DNA of 64,000 nucleotides from a bacterium (GTDB lineage Bacteria; Patescibacteriota; Minisyncoccia; Phycocordibacterales; UBA2100): NCBI GenBank assembly GCA_030647655.1, contig JAUSJH010000006.1, positions 3,737 to 67,736 of the forward strand, read 5' to 3'. Shown piece by piece: positions 56,240 to 64,000 of this stretch (position 1 is its first letter; each line of letters starts with the position of its first letter). The notes under the pieces were generated by a model. It saw only the letters and a program-made list of their open reading frames with translations, ran no database searches and was not told where the DNA came from. The position numbers and the translations under genes were made by a program.

Positions 56240-57780
56240 GGATTGAAAATCTCTGCCGGTCTGTGGCCAAGTCGCACTGGAACATCGTGCAAGCGTGGCG
56301 CATCGAGTGTTGCTCGGTTCTCGTTCAAATAGAGGTGCATCAGCCTAGGAACGATGGTCTTCACCACGTGATAGCCAAGGGTTTTTAACACTTTATGATT
56401 AGCTTCATAACAGTACACCTCGTACCCATCACCGAGCTCCCTGAGTTTCCTAAGTATATACGCAATCTGGGCAGATGGAGTGTTGTGCCACGTGGCATCT
56501 CCCATGAATCCTTCAAAGCTCTGACGTGTTCCGGAAATGAAGAATTTGAAGCGCTTATACATTTCGGTGCCTTTCCATAAACAAAGCCGCTGATCCCTGC
56601 CTATAGTTGGATCGGTAAAGGGAATGTAGCTCTCCGGCAAAACATATCTCTCGGACGATGCGACCATGTTATATACTGCCAACGCCTCTCCTGCACTTTG
56701 GAACACCAGTTCTTTGAACGAAAACCCGGCGCTCCCACCGACGGCAATAATGGGTTCTCCGCCTCTGTGGTCTACGAGCACACATGCACATGATGGTACC
56801 CCGATATCCGTCGTGGTGTTGAGAAAGTAGTATTCCAACTCGTATCGGCGGAGATATTTGAGAAACTGTTTGATTTCTTTGTCCACTATCGTTGAGGGAT
56901 CGATTATTTTGGGAGACAAGGAATTCAACCAATAGATTAGGAAGCCGTCTCGCTGGATATTTTCCAAAAGGGATGAAAGAATTGCTTCTTCTCTCGTAAA
57001 GTGCCCCGCGCCGCCATTTGTCGTGGGCTGTGCCAAGGCCATCTCTCCATCTAGAAACTTGTAATTCCAATAGGCAAGCTGGGCCGGCATGAACACTTCA
57101 ATATCAGCCAAGAGTTCTCTGCCACGAACCCACATAACAGAGCGGTCATCTGTGCGTACGAAGACAGGAAACATTTCTTTCTGCCATGGAAGAAAGTTGT
57201 TGAGCTTGAATATGTTGAGAGCCGTCTTTTTTCTCTGGATTATTCCCACGTAGCTTGCACAATACAAATCCGCACGCCGATATATGGTGAGAAAATAACG
57301 TTCAAGAATCTCGCCGATTGCGCGCGACAACGACTCCTCGGGCGAGGATGTGCTACCAAATCCATGACGACCAACCGAGCGCCCGTCCGTGTCCGATGCA
57401 TCACTGCGTGGTGAAAGTCGTACCGAGAATGTTTTCGGCATATCCGTGCGAGAAGGAATGAATGAGAAGTGCTTTGAATCCGTGACGCCGTGCGAGTGGA
57501 GATAATTCAAAAGGATACGCCAGTTGAGCGGGACCCCTTCGGTGGGTACGAGTGCGTCTCTTCCCAAAAAATCAAGACGGTCCAAGAGCCCCGCCATCTT
57601 GAAATCCACGAGCTCATCCCATGAAAGAGACGATCTGAAACGCGAGCAAGGCTTAAGCGCTTCCTCAATTAATTTCTTTCTCTGTCTCAAAACATTTAGG
57701 GGAAACGGAGAAAATGTGGAGAGGGTTTGTTTTTGTTCTTTGGCATTTGGTGCTGGCATACCACAACGGTAGTATATCAA
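56218..57780 (-). CDS. YcaO-domain cyclodehydratase
   Basis: ATP-binding region GFGSTSSPEESLSRAIGEILERY, TNGGAGHFTREEAILSSLLENIQRD, C-terminal proline-rich PxPHPFP end typical of azoline-forming YcaOs; 520 aa with about 130-aa N-terminal extension. Confidence 0.7.
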   Translation of the reverse strand: MIYYRCGMPAPNAKEQKQTLSTFSPFPLNVLRQRKKLIEEALKPCSRFRSSLSWDELVDFKMAGLLDRLDFLGRDALVPTEGVPLNWRILLNYLHSHGVTDSKHFSFIPSRTDMPKTFSVRLSPRSDASDTDGRSVGRHGFGSTSSPEESLSRAIGEILERYFLTIYRRADLYCASYVGIIQRKKTALNIFKLNNFLPWQKEMFPVFVRTDDRSVMWVRGRELLADIEVFMPAQLAYWNYKFLDGEMALAQPTTNGGAGHFTREEAILSSLLENIQRDGFLIYWLNSLSPKIIDPSTIVDKEIKQFLKYLRRYELEYYFLNTTTDIGVPSCACVLVDHRGGEPIIAVGGSAGFSFKELVFQSAGEALAVYNMVASSERYVLPESYIPFTDPTIGRDQRLCLWKGTEMYKRFKFFISGTRQSFEGFMGDATWHNTPSAQIAYILRKLRELGDGYEVYCYEANHKVLKTLGYHVVKTIVPRLMHLYLNENRATLDAPRLHDVPVRLGHRPAEIFNPWPHPFP

Positions 57781-57834
57781 TCAAATTCAAATAAATACAC
57801 TCAAAATAAGCGCCCCGACAAAAGCGGGGCGCTT
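57781..57834 (-). terminator. rho-independent terminator of 57851..58222
   Basis: AAGCGCCCCG-CUUUUGU-CGGGGCGCUU then AUUUUGAGUGUAUUUAUUU on the minus strand. Confidence 0.55.
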
Positions 57835-57850
57835 AAAGGTCACTCCAGAC

Positions 57851-58222
57851 TCAGCAACGGAGAGGGTCGTTGTTGAGATAGATTCGGCCACCACTCCGGC
57901 TCATATTGAACGTTTTCGTCTTGCCGGTATCGAAGCGGACAGTAAGGCTACCGTCCCCGAAGGTGTAGGATCCCTTCTGGAGCTTTCTGCTCCTTTGACC
58001 GTACCAGGAATAACTTCCGCCGGAGCTGAAGGTTATCCTGGTTCCGTACTGGTTATGGCAGACCTTTCCACGGAGCGCCGAACTGAGCTGTGCGGCACTA
58101 ATGGAATCCGCCGAGGCCGTGCTCATTGCCGCTAAAGACACGGGCAGGGAAATTGCCGTTGCGAGAACGGCGAGCAACACTTTCCTCATAGGTCCTCCTT
58201 GGCTGCGGGGTTGTGCGGACAT
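57851..58222 (-). CDS. small secreted protein, hypothetical
   Basis: Signal peptide MRKVLLAVLATAISLPVSLAAMSTASA; 123 aa; start codon centred in a 16-bp palindrome. Confidence 0.45.
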   Translation of the reverse strand: MSAQPRSQGGPMRKVLLAVLATAISLPVSLAAMSTASADSISAAQLSSALRGKVCHNQYGTRITFSSGGSYSWYGQRSRKLQKGSYTFGDGSLTVRFDTGKTKTFNMSRSGGRIYLNNDPLRC

Positions 58223-58351
58223 GTCCGCATCGCAGCTCCAGATGTAGCATACGTTTTCTCTACATTCAGGTCAATGTGCACGATTTGCGCACGATTTGTT
58301 TAAAAAATCGCTGTGACGTACCTCTAATCTTATCGAATGGAGTTAGATAAA

Positions 58352-58410
58352 TCAAAGCATCTTCACGTCGATGGAGGCACCGGAGGGGAGGTCGATGTTG
58401 GTAAGGGCTC
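58352..58410 (-). pseudogene. relic copy of rpsJ 3' end (encodes ALTNIDLPSGASIDVKML-stop)
   Basis: About 85% nucleotide identity to 59761-59815; reads as the S10 C-terminus; no upstream ORF. Confidence 0.6.
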
Positions 58411-58426
58411 ACATTTTATGTGAGCC

Positions 58427-58747
58427 CTAAAAACACTCACGTACTTCAGCCAATACTTCCGCGAGTTTGCGTGCGGTAAGTGCATCAGCAGTTTGCTTAA
58501 TAAGCGTCTTATCAGCGCTGAAAATATTTTGCAGGCTAATATACGATGCCTTGCGTAGCCGTTTCCTCCGCATATCGGCGTTGGTGATAGTTATTGAAAA
58601 AGGCTGCTTCCTGCCATATATGCCAGCAAGAAGAACATTCGCGTGCCGATTGTATCGCGCGCCAGAGAGAACGACAGCGGGTCGCTGTTTCTTTTCTGCC
58701 ATGTTTGAAAAAGGAAATTCGAGTATGACGATATCGCCCTGTCTCAT
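58427..58747 (-). CDS. mazF: type II toxin, MazF/PemK family
   Basis: MRQGDIVILEFPFSNMAEKKQRPAVVLS matches GD.v.v.F.....E...RPavVls; 4-nt overlap with the upstream antitoxin. Confidence 0.7.
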   Translation of the reverse strand: MRQGDIVILEFPFSNMAEKKQRPAVVLSGARYNRHANVLLAGIYGRKQPFSITITNADMRRKRLRKASYISLQNIFSADKTLIKQTADALTARKLAEVLAEVRECF

Positions 58748-58998
58748 ACGATCGAGACGTTGAACAGATCGTCATTCACCTCATCGAGCCAGTCCCGCAT
58801 CGTATGCTCGACGATCGACAAATGATCATTTTTGTCCCCACGCGCGCTCTTTGCACGAAGCGGTCTGATAACAACCTCCTCATCTCCGCGCTCCTCGAAC
58901 AATACTGCCCGCGCACCTACAAACGCTTTACTGTCTCGTATTATTTTGGGAAGCGTGATTTGCCCTGCCCGCGTGATTTTGCTTATTGTTGTCAACAT
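58744..58998 (-). CDS. mazE: type II antitoxin, AbrB/MazE (SpoVT-AbrB) family
   Basis: ISKITRAGQITLPKIIRD swapped-hairpin motif. Confidence 0.6.
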   Translation of the reverse strand: MLTTISKITRAGQITLPKIIRDSKAFVGARAVLFEERGDEEVVIRPLRAKSARGDKNDHLSIVEHTMRDWLDEVNDDLFNVSIV

Positions 58999-59059
58999 AT
59001 CAGCCAGAATACCAGAGAATAGGAAACTAGCAATATAGTAATCCTGGGGTCAGGGGTGT

Positions 59060-59170
59060 CTACATCATCTTGACGTCGATGGAGACTCCGGATGGGAGGT
59101 CGATATTGGTGAGGGCTTTCCGCTCGAGGCGGATCCGCATTTGGCGGACGATGACCCCAGCACCAAACTT
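59060..59170 (-). pseudogene. relic copy of rpsJ 3' end (encodes ...KALTNIDLPSGVSIDVKMM-stop)
   Basis: 53/60 nt identical to 59761-59820; upstream part diverged. Confidence 0.65.
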
Positions 59171-59243
59171 AAGTTGGTACGGGGCATGCTTTCGGGGCCC
59201 TTCTCTTCGTATCCATGTGTTGCTGGTGCTTAGTAACCGCCCG

Positions 59244-59495
59244 TCACTTTTTGTAATGATTCGTCACAGCCAAAACTTCAGCTTCACCTTCCTGGGTTAT
59301 GAAAAATAATGCGCGATACTTCCGGTCAATACGAAACGAGTAAATGCCGCGCCAGTGAGGCTCGAGGAGCTCGGTTCTGAGAGAGGGATAACGGATATTT
59401 ATCTCGAACAACTTTGCGGCCTTTCCCCATTTCGCGACAAGTCGCCGTTCGTGTAAGTATTCGCGGACATCATTGCGCAATGGGAGGATATTCAT
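59244..59495 (-). CDS. type II toxin, RelE/ParE superfamily (YoeB/Txe-like)
   Basis: ...HWRGIYSFRIDRKYRALFFI...EVLAVTNHYKK (C-terminal HY); ATGA overlap with the upstream gene. Confidence 0.6.
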   Translation of the reverse strand: MNILPLRNDVREYLHERRLVAKWGKAAKLFEINIRYPSLRTELLEPHWRGIYSFRIDRKYRALFFITQEGEAEVLAVTNHYKK

Positions 59496-59722
59496 GCCTT
59501 ACCGTATGAAGACCGACGCAACCCTTTCTCAAGATCAGCAAGAAACTCCTTGGAATATAACTTTGTTTTGGCAAAATCTTCGATGACAATACCCACGTCA
59601 TCGTGTACCACAACCTCAAAGAGCCGCCCGGCAAGTTGCCGGTATGCTTTTGACTGACGCTTTAGAGCCTGGTATTCGTCTTTGGGGATCGTTATTTTGT
59701 TCATACGGTCGGAGTATAACAC
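59492..59722 (-). CDS. putative antitoxin partner of RelE-like toxin
   Basis: 76-aa ORF immediately upstream and overlapping the toxin; no motif recognised. Confidence 0.4.
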   Translation of the reverse strand: MLYSDRMNKITIPKDEYQALKRQSKAYRQLAGRLFEVVVHDDVGIVIEDFAKTKLYSKEFLADLEKGLRRSSYGKA

Positions 59723-59760
59723 AGACGTTTCGGGTGCAAAGGAAGGATTTCCGGCCGGAT

Positions 59761-60198
59761 TTACATCATTTTGACGTCGATTGAGACTCCGGAGGGAAGG
59801 TCGATGTTGGTGAGGGCTTCGATGACCTTCGGTGCGGGGTTCAAGATGTCTATCATGCGTTTGTGAATGCGCATTTCGAATTGCTCGCGTGAGTCTTTGT
59901 CGATGAATGCGGCGCGATTGACCGTGTATTTCTTGATATCAATAGGGAGCGGCACGGGGCCGATGACCTCGGCATTGTGCCGCGCGGCGACGTCGATTAT
60001 TTGCTTAACTGATTTATCCAAAACACCGTGCTCGTATGCGCGCACGCGAATGCGCAAGCGGCTCGGGCCAGCGACGGCTTTTGCTGGCTTGGCAGGCTTG
60101 GAAACACGATGTATAGGAGCAGGAGAAGCGGCGGCGGGTGTAACCACCTTTCTGGCACGCGGTTTGCGTGCCTTTTTCGCGACGGCTTCTGCTGTCAT
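59761..60198 (-). CDS. rpsJ: 30S ribosomal protein S10 (with about 40-aa basic N-terminal extension)
   Basis: RLRIRVRAYEHGVLDKSVKQIIDVAARHNAEVIGPVPLP...RIHKRMIDILNPAPKVIEALTNIDLPSGVSIDV. Confidence 0.85.
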   Translation of the reverse strand: MTAEAVAKKARKPRARKVVTPAAASPAPIHRVSKPAKPAKAVAGPSRLRIRVRAYEHGVLDKSVKQIIDVAARHNAEVIGPVPLPIDIKKYTVNRAAFIDKDSREQFEMRIHKRMIDILNPAPKVIEALTNIDLPSGVSIDVKMM

Positions 60199-60370
60199 AG
60201 AACCCGCAGAGTATGCACTATCCCCTCAAAAAGCGCAACATCTTGTATGACCGCAGGTAGTTTTGCACTCCGCTGATAATTTCTCGTACTGTAACAGATA
60301 CTGCACCGGAGACAATTTGTTCCTGAAGGCATGATGGACGCGCTTGGTGTTGTAAAAGAGGAGCCAGTCC

Positions 60371-60607
60371 ATGAGCTTCTCATTGAAGCGAGGGAGGTCG
60401 GCAGGAAAAGGTACCTGGTACCGTTTTTCTAAGGCAATAGCAAAAGGGCTCGATAATGAGATCGCCGCCTTGCGCGCGAGCGCCGACGCCTATGAAAATG
60501 AAGAAGAATTTGAAAGGGTCGTGGCGGCAAGGGCTCAACTTGGCTACGCCGATCGAGTCTACGAACAACGCAGGCGAGACGCTCGCCGAGGTCCCCTCGC
60601 TCGTTAA
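60371..60607 (+). CDS. hypothetical protein
   Basis: 78-aa ORF between rpsJ and tuf, followed by terminator; weak. Confidence 0.25.
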   Translation: MSFSLKRGRSAGKGTWYRFSKAIAKGLDNEIAALRASADAYENEEEFERVVAARAQLGYADRVYEQRRRDARRGPLAR

Positions 60608-60608
60608 A

Positions 60609-60664
60609 AGAAAACCCCGCCTTATTCAGTAGAATGACCTACTGGGTTGGGCGGGGTTTTCTTA
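60609..60664. terminator. bidirectional terminator (serves tuf on minus strand)
   Basis: AAAACCCCGCC ... GGCGGGGUUUU outer stem with an inner hairpin CAGTAGAATGACCTACTG; two further hairpins at 60726-60754 and 60766-60790 right after the tuf stop. Confidence 0.5.
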
Positions 60665-60801
60665 TTGCTGGCTTCCCTGTCTTAGAAGACGTTAGGCAAC
60701 CACTTTTGTTACAACTCCTGCACCTCAGGATGTTATCTGTGGTAATCCGCAGATAACTTCACTGATGCCGCATTCGCAGAGCGAATGCGGCTAGGTCGAG
60801 G

Positions 60802-62001
60802 TTAAGCCACCACTTTAGTGACAACCCCAGCACCAACAGTTTTGCCGCCCTCGCGGATAGCAAAACGCATCTGGTCTTCAATCGCAATCGGAGAGACGAG
60901 CTTCACCTTGAATGTGACGGTGTCGCCCGGCATTACCATTTCCACGCCCTCCTTCAGCGTCACCTCGCCGGTAACGTCGGTGGTGCGGACGTAGAATTGC
61001 GGCTTATATCCAGTGAAGAACGGTGTGTGACGACCGCCTTCTTCCTTGGTTAGAATATAGACTTCCGACTCGAATTCCGTGTGCGGCTTCACAGAGCCCG
61101 GCTTGCAGAGTACCTGCCCGCGGTGCACATCTTCTTTCTTCGTACCGCGCAGAAGGACTCCTGCGTTGTCGCCGGCTAGTCCTTCCTGAAGCGATTTGTT
61201 GAACATTTCGATACCGGTCACGATGGTCTTCGCTGTGTCCTTGATACCGACGATTTCAATCTCTTCACCCACCTTTATCTGTCCGCGCTCGATGCGGCCC
61301 GTAACGACAGTGCCGCGGCCTTCGATGGAGAACACGTCTTCGATAGGCATGAGAAACGGCTTGTCGAGTTCGCGCACCGGTTGCGGGATGTACTCATCGA
61401 GCGCTTTGACGAGCTCCATCACTTTGTCGCTCCACTCGTTGCCCGGTGCCGGATTTTCCAGCGCTTTGAGACCAGAGCCGCGAATGATTGGGGTATTCTT
61501 GCCGTCGAAGCCCTGCTTCTCGAGCAACTCGCGGACTTCCTCTTCGACGAGATCGATGAGGTCTTTGTCGTCCACTTGGTCAACTTTGTTGAGGAATACG
61601 ATGACCTTCGGCACACCGACCTGGCGAGCGAGCAAGATGTGCTCGCGCGTCTGGGGCATGACGCCGTCGCTTGCGGCAACGACGAGGATAGCGCCGTCCA
61701 TCTGAGCGGCGCCGGTAATCATGTTCTTGATGTAGTCGGCGTGTCCGGGGGCGTCCACGTGCGCGTAGTGACGCTTCGGCGTCTCGTACTCGGAGTGCGA
61801 GAGCGAGATGGTGATACCGCGTGCCTTCTCTTCCGGCGCCTTGTCGATGTCGTCCACTCCTTTCACGGTCGCGGTGTAGCCGTTGCCTGCTTTTGCAAGC
61901 ACGTTCAAAATCGCCGCGGTAAGCGTTGTCTTGCCATGGTCGACGTGACCGATCGTGCCGACGTTGATGTGCGGCTTGTTTCGATTAAATTCTGCTACCA
62001 T
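60802..62001 (-). CDS. tuf: elongation factor Tu
   Basis: [25 protein letters not shown] motifs; 399 aa. Confidence 0.95.
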   Translation of the reverse strand: MVAEFNRNKPHINVGTIGHVDHGKTTLTAAILNVLAKAGNGYTATVKGVDDIDKAPEEKARGITISLSHSEYETPKRHYAHVDAPGHADYIKNMITGAAQMDGAILVVAASDGVMPQTREHILLARQVGVPKVIVFLNKVDQVDDKDLIDLVEEEVRELLEKQGFDGKNTPIIRGSGLKALENPAPGNEWSDKVMELVKALDEYIPQPVRELDKPFLMPIEDVFSIEGRGTVVTGRIERGQIKVGEEIEIVGIKDTAKTIVTGIEMFNKSLQEGLAGDNAGVLLRGTKKEDVHRGQVLCKPGSVKPHTEFESEVYILTKEEGGRHTPFFTGYKPQFYVRTTDVTGEVTLKEGVEMVMPGDTVTFKVKLVSPIAIEDQMRFAIREGGKTVGAGVVTKVVA

Positions 62002-62325
62002 ATGTGATTTTGCGAAATCATGCCGCGCAGTCCGATTCTGCAGAATCGTGTCGCGTACTGTCCTTTAAAACGCGACTCCCCCGCGGCCTTCTTTCAATTG
62101 TTAAAGCTACTAAATAATTATTCGCCAACGCGAGTGAGGCAGTGCCTCGGTGCTCCGGTATTCTTTGTCTTCCTCTCAACCGTTTTTAGCAGCTCGCTAG
62201 GCCGCACGACTGAAATTCAAAGCAAAACAATACGCACGGAGCGTGCGTAGCGCTATAGTAGCAGAAGCCGCGGGGGCGTCAAGTTCCTGTACGAGTCTTT
62301 TTTCTGGTTTGAGGTAGCGGTCTAT

Positions 62326-64000
62326 CTAGTTGTTTGTGACCGTCACGCTCGCGCTTGTCTGTGAAGAGCCGCCACTGTTGGATACTTTGAATCTCGGCGT
62401 GTACGTGCCGACAGAGGCGTAGGAGTGTGTGAATGTTGCCGTTGAGCGTAGATCTGCTGCGGCGGCGTCTGCGGCGGCTGTCGATGGCTCATCCCCCCAC
62501 ACGACCGAGTAACTCAAGTTCCCGCCGCTTGGAGAGGTCGCATGCACAGTCCACGTGCCGCTCTGCCCTATGAGGAGCGAGGTCGGAGCGGTGAGACCAG
62601 TGATGGAAGGGGCGCCGACAGTGCCGCTTACTGTAATTGTCTGGGTGCCGAGCGTTCGTATACTTGCAGGAGGACCGAGACAGCCAGGATCCGCATTCGG
62701 GCCGCATCCACCGGGGTCACTCTCTATAAGTTTTGCCGTGTAGGTGCCGGCGGAGGTGTAGGTGTGAGATTTCACATATGTGCACTGCATTGGGAAAGAT
62801 TCTGCACACGCTCCCGAACCCGCGGCGATTGATGATGTCGCGCCATCACCGAAGTTGAGCTGGTACCTTCCGGGGTCAGTCCCGTCGTCCCGTACGGTAA
62901 ACGAAACCGCGAGTGGTGCCGAGCCGGATTTCGGCGAAGCACTGAAGAGCCCGTCATTTTTGCAACACGGCGGTGTGATAGTACTACCTCCAACAATGAC
63001 GTTTATGCTCGCCTTCGCCGAGCCCTTGCTGTTGGACACTGTAAATCTCGGTTTGTAGGTGCCGGCAGAGTAGTAGGTGTGGGTGAAGGTCGCCGATGAC
63101 TGGATTGATCGTGATGGAGCGTCCGCGTATCCGCGTATCTGGTCAATAGCCTCTTCGTCTCCCCAGATGACCGAGTAACTCAAGGAGCCGCCGGAGCCGG
63201 CAGTCGCGTTTACTCTCCACGTGCCGCTTTTGCCTGTCGCGAGTGTTGTGGGCCCACTGATTTTAGAGATGGAGGGAGCACCACTGCCCACGGCTTTGCC
63301 GACTCTGATAACGGCACTACCGAGATTTTTTATACTTGCAGGCGGGCCAAGACAACCTTGCGCTGTAGCTGTTGGGCCACATCCGCCGGGATTTCTCTGC
63401 GTAAGTTTCGCCGTGTAGGTGCCGTTGGCATCGTAGGTGTGCGAGACAGTAAAGCCACCGGAGCCGGTGCATCCCCCTCCACCAGAAGAATCTACAGGGC
63501 ATCCTAGCGAGATTGATTGCATCCGGCCGCTCTCGCCGTCTCCGAAGTCAACAACCAACGTGTCTCCGGCGCTTGGAGTAACGGTCGTGCTGAAGGTTAC
63601 CCTAAGTGGTGCCGTGCCGGATTTTGGCGAGGCCACGAGTTTCGACTTTGGATTTGGATTTCCGCACTGCGCGGCAATAACAGCGCGTGTGAGCGGGCCG
63701 ACCTTGCCAAGGCCGGCCGCAGAACCGGCGCTGTTTGGAGAAACGACGTCATTTTCCACTTGCAAATCCTCCACAGCCGCTTCCGTCACTGCACCGAAGA
63801 AGCCCGTGGCTTCGGGAATATCCAGATTACCGCTTTGGATGAGGAAATTCTGGAGCTTGGTCACCTCGGCGCCTGTCGAACCTCGTTGAAGCGAGCGCAG
63901 AATGGGAAGACATGGTTTTATCGGTGGCGGGGGTGAGGGAGGTCTTGTGCCGGTGGGACACGCAGCAAATGTGCATTTTGGTCCGGAGCGCCCGACGGAA
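62326..64000 (-). CDS. secreted peptidoglycan-binding-domain protein with tandem PKD/Ig-like repeats (partial; N-terminus beyond window end)
   Basis: The listed ORF begins at a GTG. The frame stays open upstream to 64000 (…PPSPPPPIKPCLPILRSLQRGSTGAE-TKLQNFLIQSGNL…), so the PGBD lies mid-protein; C-terminal half has two about 190-aa repeats (NPGGCGPTATAQGCLGPPASI... / DPGGCGPNADPGCLGPPASI...). Confidence 0.55.
   Translation of the reverse strand, partial: SVGRSGPKCTFAACPTGTRPPSPPPPIKPCLPILRSLQRGSTGAEVTKLQNFLIQSGNLDIPEATGFFGAVTEAAVEDLQVENDVVSPNSAGSAAGLGKVGPLTRAVIAAQCGNPNPKSKLVASPKSGTAPLRVTFSTTVTPSAGDTLVVDFGDGESGRMQSISLGCPVDSSGGGGCTGSGGFTVSHTYDANGTYTAKLTQRNPGGCGPTATAQGCLGPPASIKNLGSAVIRVGKAVGSGAPSISKISGPTTLATGKSGTWRVNATAGSGGSLSYSVIWGDEEAIDQIRGYADAPSRSIQSSATFTHTYYSAGTYKPRFTVSNSKGSAKASINVIVGGSTITPPCCKNDGLFSASPKSGSAPLAVSFTVRDDGTDPGRYQLNFGDGATSSIAAGSGACAESFPMQCTYVKSHTYTSAGTYTAKLIESDPGGCGPNADPGCLGPPASIRTLGTQTITVSGTVGAPSITGLTAPTSLLIGQSGTWTVHATSPSGGNLSYSVVWGDEPSTAAADAAAADLRSTATFTHSYASVGTYTPRFKVSNSGGSSQTSASVTVTNN

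Noticed and set aside
60371-60400. Possible additional rpsJ-end relic at the start of ORF 60371..60607 (shared GAGGGAGGTCG)
   Set aside because: Only about 11 nt of similarity, within chance for this composition.
1-64000. CRISPR arrays, rRNA genes, transposases or integrases
   Set aside because: I looked for regularly spaced direct repeats, rRNA-like conserved stretches, DDE or tyrosine-recombinase motifs and found none; the only tandem repeats are in-frame coding repeats.

Overview
The 64-kb window looks like a compact bacterial genome with Candidate Phyla Radiation/Patescibacteria-like features. Gene content is a housekeeping backbone: malic enzyme, pyrC, ftsH, cfa, smpB plus tmRNA, thrC, infC-rpmI-rplT, ndk, purD, map, adk, gmk, secY, and a long minus-strand ribosomal-protein cluster running tuf/rpsJ ... 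rplC to rplO-secY. Supporting observations: rpmD (L30) is absent between rpsE and rplO, S14 is the zinc-type, intergenic spacers are very short, and there are many large secreted proteins. Three accessory stretches interrupt the backbone. (1) About 15 kb (44.6-59.7 kb) lies between rpsJ and rplC, which are normally adjacent. It carries two relic copies of the rpsJ 3' end, two toxin-antitoxin pairs (MazEF-like and RelE/YoeB-like), a YcaO cyclodehydratase plus SagB-type dehydrogenase pair (an azoline-type RiPP modification module with no obvious precursor gene), large Cys-rich repeat-containing secreted proteins, a TPR protein, an AAA/DUF4143 ATPase and a PRTase-PQQ fusion. (2) A GC-rich gene on the opposite strand, with its own sigma70-like promoter, Shine-Dalgarno sequence and bidirectional terminator, sits inside the spc ribosomal operon between rplE and rpsN. 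(3) Four paralogous secreted proteins share the architecture signal peptide, coiled coil, peptidoglycan-binding domain, beta-rich domain. One also carries a pseudopilin-like domain, two are truncated by the window edges, and the set is accompanied by a 941-aa VirD4/TraG-like P-loop ATPase, tandem VanY/M15-like peptidases with 17-residue polyproline linkers, and a secreted thermonuclease. Non-coding features found by eye are a tRNA-Ile with anticodon UAU, a tmRNA (ssrA) downstream of smpB, and several rho-independent terminators. One real gene (1..1235, minus strand) is missing from the supplied ORF track; I recovered it by manual translation. Many long ORFs in the track are antisense artefacts of GC-rich coding sequence and are not reported.
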